A stretch of 64,000 bases of DNA from Lama guanicoe (taxonomy: Eukaryota). The notes under the pieces are model-generated. The model ran no database searches. It was given only the letters and a program-made list of their open reading frames with translations, and was not told where the DNA came from. The position numbers were made by a program, and so were the translations under genes. Shown here piece by piece: positions 52,620 through 64,000 of this stretch. Within the stretch, counting starts at the first letter, position 1. Every line of letters starts with the position of its first letter. Location of the stretch: contig MU053472.1 of the NCBI GenBank assembly GCA_013239625.1, forward strand, positions 3,581,410 through 3,645,409, in the 5' to 3' direction.

Positions 52620-52834
52620 AAGACTATACTTTCAGGGATCATTTCTATAGTTCGTTACTAGAGAAGTTTCTCTGAACGTGTAGAGCACCCGAAACCACGA
52701 GGAGGAGGCGCAGCGTTCTCTCCTGAGCGTGAAGCTGGCTTTTGGTGTCGCTTGTGTGACCGCTATTTGCCATTGATGATCGTTCTTTTCTTCCTTCGGG
52801 GAGAGTAAGAGGGAGAGAACGCAATCTGAGTGGT
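52620..52834 (+). ncRNA. SNORD3: U3 snoRNA copy E
   Basis: Full-length U3 with its own CpG-rich promoter. Confidence 0.96.
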
Positions 52835-53099
52835 TTCGGTTTTTAAGCTGTTGAAAACTGAAGTGTGTGTTTTTCTTAGGGTTTTGCGTTTATGTGTAGT
52901 TTTTGTTGCGAAGGTTCGTTTTTGTGTTCATCATTACTTAGTGTAGTCTCGTGTTATTTTCTTTGGTGTGTTTTGTAAGTTTATTTACCTAGTTCAGGAT
53001 ACTGTGTACGTGGGTAATATGATATGTTTTATGTGGGGGGAGGTTATTTAGGAAGGGGCTTTGTTGTATCGGTTTTTATGGTTGACTAGTATGTTCTGT

Positions 53100-54103
<1,004 letters not shown>

Positions 54104-54537
54104 TTAGTTATTTTTCTTCTGAAGGTATATTTCAGTTGGTGGGCTCTAATGTTGGTGACTTTTGTTCCGAATCATCCTTTTGTATTGTACCTAACACACA
54201 CTATCATTAATTCCCTTTTTCATGCCTTATGAAGACTGAGAACAATCTTAATCCCTTTTTTTTTTCTTAGCATACCAGAGTGTGGTGAAATGTTTCAGTG
54301 CAACTTTCTGTAAATTAATTTTGTAGATATGTAAACACTATGGTTGCTTTCTTGTTAATGTATGTATGGCCTTTTCTGTTACTATGACTAATGAAAGCTT
54401 TTATTTTTCCTTTTTAAAAAGATAAATTTGCAGTAGTGATAAAGTACTGTATAAAAGAATTCCCTAATATGAATTTCACAAGTTTTATCTCAAGTGATTT
54501 CCTTACATTGGTATTGATTCTGGTATTTGCTTTTCAG

Positions 54538-54652
54538 GAGTTCATGTTGCTGCAGTTAACTCCCTGGGCCAAACACCACTTTTCATTGCTGCATTATTAG
54601 GCCTTACAAAAGTAGTTGATATCCTGGTGGATTATGGATCAGATCCAAATCA
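54538..54652 (+). CDS. TEX14: TEX14 coding exon 2, ankyrin repeat ([39 protein letters not shown])
   Basis: ttttcag acceptor, gtaagt donor, 115 nt, phase fits the previous exon. Confidence 0.95.
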
Positions 54653-56878
54653 GTAAGTACAATAACATCGCTGTCTAGAAAATATGTTCTCAGGATGAGT
54701 TGGGGCATTTGGAAACTAATTTGACAACGTATTAAAAGTTCCTCTACTAATTTATATCAGTGAAATACTTTGTATACTTATGTTGAAACATTATTTTCAC
54801 TGCTAATAAAATTTTTTCCAATCAATTTTATTAGACCCTCTGAAATAAGAGAAACTTACTAGTCATTAATTAGTCATTAACAAGTACTGTTTATATAGTT
54901 CCACCCCACATTATAATTTATGATTTGCTTAAGCACTTTAACATATCCCACAACCAAGTTCTTTACAAATTAATATACTTGGCATCACTTCGTCAGGATG
55001 ACTTTTGTAGTTGTGGTTTAAAAGAATCTGAGTAATAGTAGGTCCAAATTTTAATATGGAACAGCAACCCAATGTAATGAATCCACTACAAGAAAACATT
55101 TCTTCTCTTTATATAGGGCTTTTGCTTTTCCCAGGGCTTTCCCACACACTAGCTCGCTAGAGCTTTATAACCACCTCTTTGACAGAGAACAGCAGGTATT
55201 TTTGCAGTTCCCATTGGACAGAACCAGAAACAAGTTTTGAGCATTTACTTGATTCCAGCTGATTTTCACAGGAATGCTAGAATATGAACAATCGTAAGTC
55301 ATAAAATAGCTTTTGCATCTTACATAAGGAGACCCTGCTTTTAATGTATTTTTTAAAGAAGTATTGATGTTGGAAGCTTGTTTTTGTTATGACTTTGCTT
55401 AGTGGGAAAAAACTTGGAAGCTTGGAAAAGTATAAATTAAAAAACAATCAGTGTGAGAATTCTGTAATTCAGAGATAACACAGTGAACATTTTGCTGTTT
55501 TCCTCCTAAAATTTTTCTGGACTCATATAAACTCTGTTTCTACTGTATCAGTATTTAATTTCAAAGCTCAGAAATAAAGGGCTCTCTCACTTGATGTTTG
55601 CAGTTAACAGCTATGTGGAGAGGCCATATTGGCCCTGCAGTTCCTCAGCAAAAATGCAGCATTTCCCATTCATCTGCTTTGTGGAAACTTAGAGCTGGGT
55701 TCTTTAAAGAACAAATATTCAAATCTTTAATATTCCAGATTAGGGGACTGATGCCCGGGAGGTTTAAATGACTGGCCCGTCGTGGTGCATTTGTATTAAT
55801 GATAGGACTGAGACCAGGAGCTCAGCACCTGAAAAACTGAGGAGTTCCCTTCTTAGAAGTCCCCCGTGATGCTGGGGGAGGTGGGAAAAGGCGATATCAA
55901 GGAGAGGAAGGCAAATCGAATTTTTATTTTGTGACAGGAATGCTTTCATGTACTTAAAAAATATCTTCCATCAAGGTGAAGGGAGATTTCTGGGGGGAGG
56001 TTGTATTCCTGAGTTCTCAATGGAAATGCTGTGATGGCCTGGGCTTACTGAGGTCACAGAGTCAGGTGCTTGGAGGACCAAGCAGGGTCACTGGGTACAG
56101 GCTCTGTCTAAGGAGCTTCTGTTGCAGTTGGCAGGAAAGGGAGCCAGGGAGGCCAGATCTTCCCAATTTGCAAGAGGTTGAAAATCCCAATTGTTAATGC
56201 GAAATCTCTAAAGTATTAAATACTGCCCGTTACTTTAAATTCTTTTTTTGAAACACTGTGTGGACCAAATAAAACATGCCTCTGGGTAGCCAGATTAGTC
56301 TGTGGGCCTCCGGTTTTCAACCTTTAGGGTAAATTAATAAAACAATACACATTTTAATACCACTTGGACCTGGATTCCCTTGTAAGGTTTAGTTGGGTAT
56401 AAAAACCATTATTCCTTTCTTCCTTAGCATTCATGAGAAATGAAAAAGAATGTCTTCCCTCTCCCTACCCAGCTTTCTTACTGTTAATAGAAAGAATGAT
56501 CAGAAGGCTGTAAAACATTATGCACATTTATTTTTAAAGCATAGAAGATATTACTGTTCCCATAGTTCAGTGTGCTGGACTGCTTTTTAGACCCAGCAGT
56601 AGGAGAAAGCGCACAATGAGCTATCCCAGGTGGTCCCAGTTGCCTGGGTACTGGCCAGCTTCATTGGCATCACCTGGGGAACTTGGAAAAAGCACACATT
56701 CCTGGGCCCCTTGCCTGCAGATTCTGACCCAGTCTGCTGTGTAATCTGAGCCATCTGTGTTTTTGAAAAATATTCCAGTGGCTTATTAACTAAACTGTGC
56801 TACATCCATATGTTGGAATACTATGCAGCTGTTAAAAAGAGTTGAGGTGGTTTGTATGTTCTCATGTGGAAGTTTCTC

Positions 56879-57040
56879 CAAGGTATATTGTTAAATGAAA
56901 AAATTTAAATGCAGAACAGTTAACATGACATACAAGGTATATTGTTAAATGAAAAAATTTAAATGCAGAACAGTTAACATGACATACAAGGTATATTGTT
57001 AAATGAAAAAATTTAAATGCAGAACAGTTAACATGACATA
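56879..57040. repeat. Perfect tandem repeat, 3 x 54 bp
   Basis: caaggtatattgttaaatgaaaaaatttaaatgcagaacagttaacatgacata at 56879, 56933 and 56987. Confidence 0.95.
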
Positions 57041-57826
57041 TTCTTATTCCTACCTGTATATGTATAGGGAATTTCTGGAAGGATACAAACACTTGTAACA
57101 GTAGTTGCCTCTGGGCAAGGGAATTGGGGTCTGGAGTTGGGAGACTTTATCGTTCTTCTCCTTTTCCTCCTCCTTTTTGATTTTATGTCTTCCTCTCCTT
57201 CTCTTTCCTCCTCCCGTTTGTGCTGCTTTTTCCTTTAAAGAAAGCAAGCTTTCCAGGTGATTCTGATGTGCAACCAGGTTAGGAAACCACAGCTGCATAA
57301 TACGTCTAGCTGTATCCTTTAGGCTGTCCCTTCGTATCTCATTTTATTGGCTTTGGTTAAATTTTTCTGAGTTGTAGATCCTTGACCAGATCGCTGATGC
57401 CAAGTTTTATGGGCCTTTAGCATAGAGCTGGGGAGATCCAGGCATTCTCACACGAGAGAGATGGTCTCTGGTTAGGTTGTGCTTCACCAGCCTGATCACA
57501 GGACACTACAGACATGAAGAAATTGTTTCAGGGTAGCCAGTGTCAGGGGGAAGTGGGGAAAGAACATTGAATTTCAGACCAGACCCATACCTGGGTGTGA
57601 ATCTCGGTTTTGCCCTTATGTTTCCTCATCTATAAATTGAGAAATAATACCACCTTGAAGGTGGAGGTAAGGTGGAAAAAGAGGATACATTGGCCCAGAC
57701 AGGGGCCTCACAAGGTGTTGTTACCACCCTCACCACCAAAAGTGGCCTTTGTGGAAAGGGAGTCCTGTGTTACCCGTGGAAGGGGAGGAGTGTTGCCATG
57801 GACACTCATTGTAACCTCCCCCATAG

Positions 57827-57992
57827 CCGCTGCTTTGATGGGAGCACCCCTGTCCACGCAGCAGCATTTTCAGGCAATCAGTGGATCCTCAGCAAACTGC
57901 TGGATGCAGGGGGTGATCTTCGACTCCACGATGAGAATGGTCGAAACCCGCAAACCTGGGCCCTGGCAGCAGACAAGGAACGCAGCACCGCG
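57827..57992 (+). CDS. TEX14: TEX14 coding exon 3, ankyrin repeat ([56 protein letters not shown])
   Basis: ccatag acceptor, gtaagt donor, 166 nt; contained in ORF 57672..58154. Confidence 0.96.
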
Positions 57993-58804
57993 GTAAGTGT
58001 GGGCCCACCGCAGCCACACCTGAGGCAGAGCACTGGGCTGGGGGTCAGGAGCCTACAGCAGAGGCTGGTCCTGGGGGCAGCACACAGCTTGCAGTGGCCT
58101 TGTCATTGGCTCTGGACACACAGGCCTGGGCTGGAGCAAGTTAATCAGCTGTAAAACCTTGGGCAAGTCTAGTGAAATTTTCTGGTCATCCAGTCAGTGG
58201 GGAGGGAGAACAATTGTAATTTTGTCTGACCCTTTACTAGCACCTACCATGCGTTAGACATTCTGAATTAAATTAGCTAAATATTAACTCGTGCAATCTT
58301 TGCAACAACCCTCTCAGGTCGGTACTGTTGTTGCCCCCATTTTACAGATGGGGAAACTGAGGTGCATTGGCATTAAGTACCTTGCCTGTGGCTGCACACT
58401 AGCAAGTGTAATGTGTTTTAATGAGGACTAAATAACCTAACAAATGTAAAGAACACAGAGCATGCATAGTGCTGGGCACGTGGAGGGAAGGGGGAGATAG
58501 GAGAGGCCCCGACCCCTGGTTCTCCTGCTCCTTAGCTCTTGTGCCTTGGACAAGTAATTTTACTCCTCCTGCCTCAGTTTCCTCATCTGTTAAATGGGGA
58601 GGGAGTTGGAGGAAATTATTGCCAACGCATCTCCCTGAAAGTGGAATCATCTCATTCCATATCTTTAGGAAGTCACTTGGGCCCTTCCCTTCCCAGAGGT
58701 TTCCCTGTTGGAGCCTCCTGGCCCCTCAGACCATTCCAGCCCCATTGAAGGCCAGGGTGGCCATTAGCCGAGCCGGCATTGAGTGTCTCTGCTGTGTGTT
58801 GCAG

Positions 58805-58941
58805 ATGGTGGAGTTCATGCAGCGCTGCGCCCTACACATGCAGACCATCATCCAGGGCTTCTCCTATGACCTCCTGAAGAAGATTGACTCCCCACAGCGG
58901 CTCATCTGTAGCCTGCCCCGGTTTGGGGGCCTCATGCCGGG
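58805..58941 (+). CDS. TEX14: TEX14 coding exon 4 ([46 protein letters not shown])
   Basis: ttgcag acceptor, gtgagt donor, 137 nt; matches TEX14. Confidence 0.95.
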
Positions 58942-60059
58942 GTGAGTGCTGCCTTAAGCAGAGTGGGATGTTCTGCATCACCCCAGCCTTGCTCGTGGGA
59001 GCCCTGCAGCTGGGGCCACCTCGGTCCCCTCCGCATCAATCCCTTCCAGCATCTGGCCCACCCAAAGAGGTGAGCTTGGAAGGAGAGGATGTGTCCTCTG
59101 AAAACCTTCAGTTGTCCTCGTATTTCCAAGAATGTCTGAGGGAAATGAGTTCTGGGCTCCAGTGGGAACCATCCTACGGTTAACAAGGGAGGAACATTTC
59201 GGGTCTGGGGTGCCCAGCAGAAAACCCTTTCTCAGCAGAGCAAGTGGCTAGCTTTTTTGGTCATCTCTGAACCACCGGAGGCATGTTCCCTTATTGATAA
59301 GTGCTTAATTTAAGGTTCCTTGGGCTGTTTTAAGCTGGTGTAAGACTTGGTGCTGACTGGGTGGGCAGCTTCCCCTGCCCCCATCACAGCCACAGGAGTG
59401 GGGCTCCATCCAGGTTTCTCTCCGCCCTCAGGGAGTTAAGTTTTGAGTTCCCTGCGCTTTATTGACTTAGGGTATATTTGTGGAGAATTCTTTCCATTTT
59501 GATTTTCTCTGATGGCATCTTTTCTTGTGATCAGTGTGACTAGACTTGTCACAGTCTTCACAGGCTCCCCCATCCCATTCTGTGCACATGCATCCTGGTT
59601 TTCCTTGCATGGCCTGGATGCCACTGGCTTCTCAGGCAAGATGAGTTAGTGATTCCCCGAGGACCAGTGACTCCTAACTGCTCTCCCTGCTGCTGCTCTT
59701 GCCCACCTTGGCTCTTTACTCAGCATCCAGAATGACCTTTTAAAAATGGAAATCAAACTATGCCATTCTCTGCTAAAAACCCTCTTAGGGTCTTCCCCAT
59801 GGCTACTAGGATAAACTCCCAAGTCCCTCATCTGGCCTTGGAGCCTCTTCGTGGTCCAGCTTCTTCCTTCTCTCATACCTCCTCTTCTGCCAGCGTTAGG
59901 ATCTTGGCAGACCAAGTTCCTTTAGTAGGGCCAAAGCCCAATCCCTGCTGCTGTTTGGTGACCTCAGGTTACCCTTTTCTGGCCCCAATTTTCCCACCTG
60001 TAAAATGAGAAAGTTGGACAAGATACGCCTTATGTATGGTTCTTTCCAATTTTGACCAT

Positions 60060-60575
60060 CTGTCATCATTATCTATTGCTGCATAATGAATCATCTCCCC
60101 AAACTTGGCAGCTTCAAACAGTAATAAATATTTGTGTCTCATACTGTTTCTGTGGGTCAGAAATCAGGGACTGGCTTAGCTGGGTTGTTCTGGCTCAGGG
60201 TTTCTCATGAGGATATAGTCAAGCTGTAGCTTGGGCTGCAGTCATCTGAAGGCTTGACTGGGGCTGGAGGATCCAGTTCCAAGATGGTTCACTTGCATGG
60301 CTGACAAATTGGTTTTGGATGTTGGGCCTCCCCATTGGGCTGCTGGAGTGGCCCCACAATATGGCAGCTGGCCTCCTCCAGAGCACATGATCCAAGAGAC
60401 ATCAGGGCAGATGCTCTGCTGGGTCTAGCCTTGGAACTCACAGCACTGTGTCATTTCTGTAATATCCTGCTGGATTAACAGGTCAGCCCTCTCTGACCTG
60501 TGAGTGGCTACCCAAGGGCATGAATACCAGGAGGTGGGAGTCATGGGGGCCCTCTCAGAGGCTGGCTGTTACAGC
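60060..60575. mobile_element. MaLR (MLT-like) LTR relic
   Basis: ggctcagggtttctcatgagg...gcagtcatctgaaggcttgactggggctggaggatcc motif. Confidence 0.6.
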
Positions 60576-60602
60576 ATCTGCAGTTCCACTGTCAAAGAGT
60601 AA

Positions 60603-60986
<384 letters not shown>

Positions 60987-61648
60987 TGAAGGACTTTGGG
61001 CTGGATTTGGGGAGTTTAGAAAATGATCCTTTAATTCCCAGTGAAGGCCCCAGACGTGTTCTGAAGGGATGCAGAAAGCTGACCTCCTGGGTCTTATCTG
61101 TGACTGACCTTGTCCTCTTACCAATTTTTGAGCATTGTTGGAATGCCTTTAAGAAACTGGAATTTTACACTGAGAAATCTGAGGGAAAACAGTATTTTGG
61201 AGATCCTCGGTTCTGCTCATCAAAGAGACCATTGGGAAATGTTGCTGGGTGGCTGGGTGGCGTTTGCTAACAGCTCAGCCCCCACCCCTGAGTCTGCTGG
61301 TTGTGCCGAGGCAGCCTGGGGTGGGGTGGGGTGGGGGAAAGGAATGTTGGCTTTGGCTGCACACAGGCCTGGGGTCTGTGGAGGCCACAAGAGGCCCCTG
61401 AGCCCCAGCCTGGTGCTTCAGGCAGGCATCTGGCCTATTTCCATGAGTCTCAGTTTCCTCACTAGCCAAAGGGAAAGAGTATGATAACCTTGCAGGATTT
61501 CTTAGATGATTAAAGATAATAAAAAGGAATTATGTCCAGTGTATAGGGGTATTTAGCAAATTGGTAAATAGTAGATATCATTATTTTTAGCTGGCTGATA
61601 GAATTCTGGAGGCATTTTACTTTCTTCTCTTTTTTCCCTACCATCTGA

Positions 61649-61807
<159 letters not shown>

Positions 61808-62898
61808 TAAGCGGGAACTGCCCAGTGGGAGGTCTGTTTTAGTGCCACAGGAAGAATGTGTGACTTCCTCGTGTGTGGAGGGTTTCTGCCCAAACACAAG
61901 GACACACTGAAAAGCAGGTGTCTAAATCAGGATTCCTCAACCTAGACATGGTTGACATTTTTGTTAGCCCTTGTGGTTGGGGGCGGTCCTGTGCCTTGTA
62001 GGATGTTTAGGGGTGTCCCTGGTCTCTACTCCCTGGACGCCGGGAGCAGCTCTCTTTGCCCCCACCCCCTGCATTTGTGGTTGTGACAACCAAAATGTCT
62101 ACAGAGCTGGCTAAATGGCCCCCCGACCAAATGGCTCTGAAAGTGGACTCATGACAGTGCTTCAACCTCTCTGCTCTCTAGAGAATTAGAGCAGTGTAGC
62201 GGTGACTGACCTCTGATACCAAAGGGCGCTGGAGCCCTGCAGGCATCAGCTGGTGCCTCTCACCTGCCAAACGCAGCGGAGGCAGCAGTAACAGGATCCA
62301 CCTGTGACAACAGTCCCTGGGCTATTCTCAGTCCCCAGAAACCTGCCTCCTGAGGGGTTGCAGGAGTTGTCCTGGCTAGGTTCTCTTGTCCTTCTTGATC
62401 CTGGCTGCTCTGGCTCCCTGCTTAGCAGAAACACCCTTCTGAAAAGGCCTGTGCAGCCTCGCAGGGCTCCGGACCCCCTGCGCATACGCCGCTTGCTTTC
62501 CTGCCCGTGCCACAGAGGTGTTGCTGTTCCCCTCGCCCTCCATCCGTGCTGTGGCCTTGGCCCACCTCCTCACTGTCCCTCCCCGGGCTCGCCTCCTAAC
62601 TGGCCTCTCATCCTTCAGACCACCCGCGCCCTACCACTCCCCATGCTGCTGGTACAGTTGTGTTTCTGAAATACAAACCTGATCAAGTCACTCCCTCCCT
62701 TAAATCCTTCAGTGGCTTTGTGCCACCTGAACTAAGTTCCTGAGGACCTGGAGGGAGGAGGAGGGAGGACCTAGTAGTGCTGGGGTGGGGGGCTTACAGA
62801 ATCTGTGTCAACACTGCTTCTCCGATCTCTGGCCGGAGGGCTCCTCACTGAAGAAGTGGCTGCTTACTCCCCCTTGTACCTCTCTCCTGCCCTTGCAG

Positions 62899-63012
62899 CC
62901 TGATGTGGAATGGGAGCAGGGTGACAGTGAAGGAGCTGAGCTTCCCCACCCACCCGCACTGCAGCAGGTTGCGGCTGGCTGACTTGTTAATTGCTGAGCA
63001 AGAGCACAGCAG
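62899..63012 (+). CDS. TEX14: TEX14 coding exon 7, start of kinase-like domain ([39 protein letters not shown]); gene continues beyond the window
   Basis: ttgcag acceptor, gtgagg donor, 114 nt; cumulative CDS 881 nt, in frame. Confidence 0.94.
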
Positions 63013-64000
63013 GTGAGGAGGAAACCCCAGGGCACTTCGTGTCCAGGTCTCTTTACAGACCCAAGTTCAGGGCTGTGCAGGGCTGTCCTCAAGGTGTGGA
63101 GAATGGCCACCCTCAGCCTCAGCATTTCCTCATTGTTGGTTGATCTGACTTCCAAGGGCTGCCAAGAAAGAAGAATTAAGGAATAACCTGAGGGGTGGGG
63201 ATGGTGGTGGTGCAGGGGGCTCAATTCTGTCAGCTGACAGACTCCCCATAACACAGGTCTCTGAGGTCCAGCCCTCAGGCCTGGCTGGCTCTCCTGCAGC
63301 CCCCGAGGCCCCCACATTTTGGGCCCTGTGCCCATCAGGACAGCATGCGCTGTCCTGTTGTTATAGAGCATGGCTGTGCTTGAGACTCACACGTCTGAGG
63401 AACCATGTCTCTGCCTTTGAGGACACGCCCATGGGTCTCAGTACTTTAGGTTTCTTGCTGGGGCAGGAGCTCCATTCTTGGTTTCACACCAGGGCTGCTG
63501 AGGCCTCGGAACGGACCCTGGCTCGTCGAGTTCTCTCCAGAGGAGGTCACTCAGCTCCTGTAAGAGGCCAAACCCGTCCTTTTGGGGAAGTCAGCCTAAA
63601 GGGACCCAAAGAGGCTGGAAAGGCTCATGGACACAGCATGGATTTTGATGTGAGGCTGAGTGGCATGTGTGACGTTGGGCAAGTTCCTGACATCTCCCTT
63701 GGTTTCCTCATCTCTGAAATGAGGATACGTGTCATGATGCCTTTCTTGGAGCTGGTTGTTAGGATCCAGATGCTGTATGTAAAGTGCCTCGTTCGGTAGC
63801 TCTTAGTGACTTTGTCATTGATGACTCTAAGTCATCAGGTTCTGACCAGTGAAGGGCCAAGGATTCCACCAACAGAGATACCTTACCCCACCCCACCCCA
63901 CCCTGCTTTTTTAGAAAACCACTGTGTGCAAATGGTATTTGTTGGGAATGCATTCAAGGGGCCAAGAAGAAAGGAAAGCACCCATTTTTTCATCATGTCC

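Noticed and set aside
36389..52834. U3 copies as intron-processed snoRNAs of TEX14
   Set aside because: Each has its own DSE/PSE at standard spacing, and U3 is known to be independently transcribed
56862..57092. ORF with an 18-aa repeat; CRISPR-like appearance
   Set aside because: Head-to-tail 54-bp repeat without spacers in a mammalian intron

Overview
Mammalian genomic DNA, most likely camelid, judged from abundant tRNA-Ala-derived Vic-1-type SINEs. The window covers the 5' part of TEX14 on the + strand: seven coding exons, 29112-63012, whose phases join into one open frame (ankyrin repeats plus the start of the pseudokinase domain). The first non-coding exon and promoter were not identified and are presumably upstream. 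Two clusters of independently promoted Pol II small-RNA genes lie co-oriented with TEX14. Seven U1 snRNA loci (8.9-26.3 kb) precede the ATG exon: five near-canonical, one divergent full-length variant and one 3'-truncated copy. Five U3 snoRNA loci (36.4-52.8 kb) sit in the next 25-kb intron: four full length and one internally deleted pseudogene. The most notable element is the promoter-bearing U1 variant at 16872-17036, whose A7G change makes its 5' end perfectly complementary to GC rather than GU splice donors. Also seen are U1 doublets at about 8-kb spacing, patchwork homogenisation that stops at the RNA 3' ends, G/T-skewed zones behind the full-length genes, U3 variants altered in rRNA-pairing boxes, RBIS and CBLL1 retrocopies, and many L1/LTR/SINE insertions. 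All calls were made by eye against remembered reference sequences; repeat family names and boundaries are approximate.
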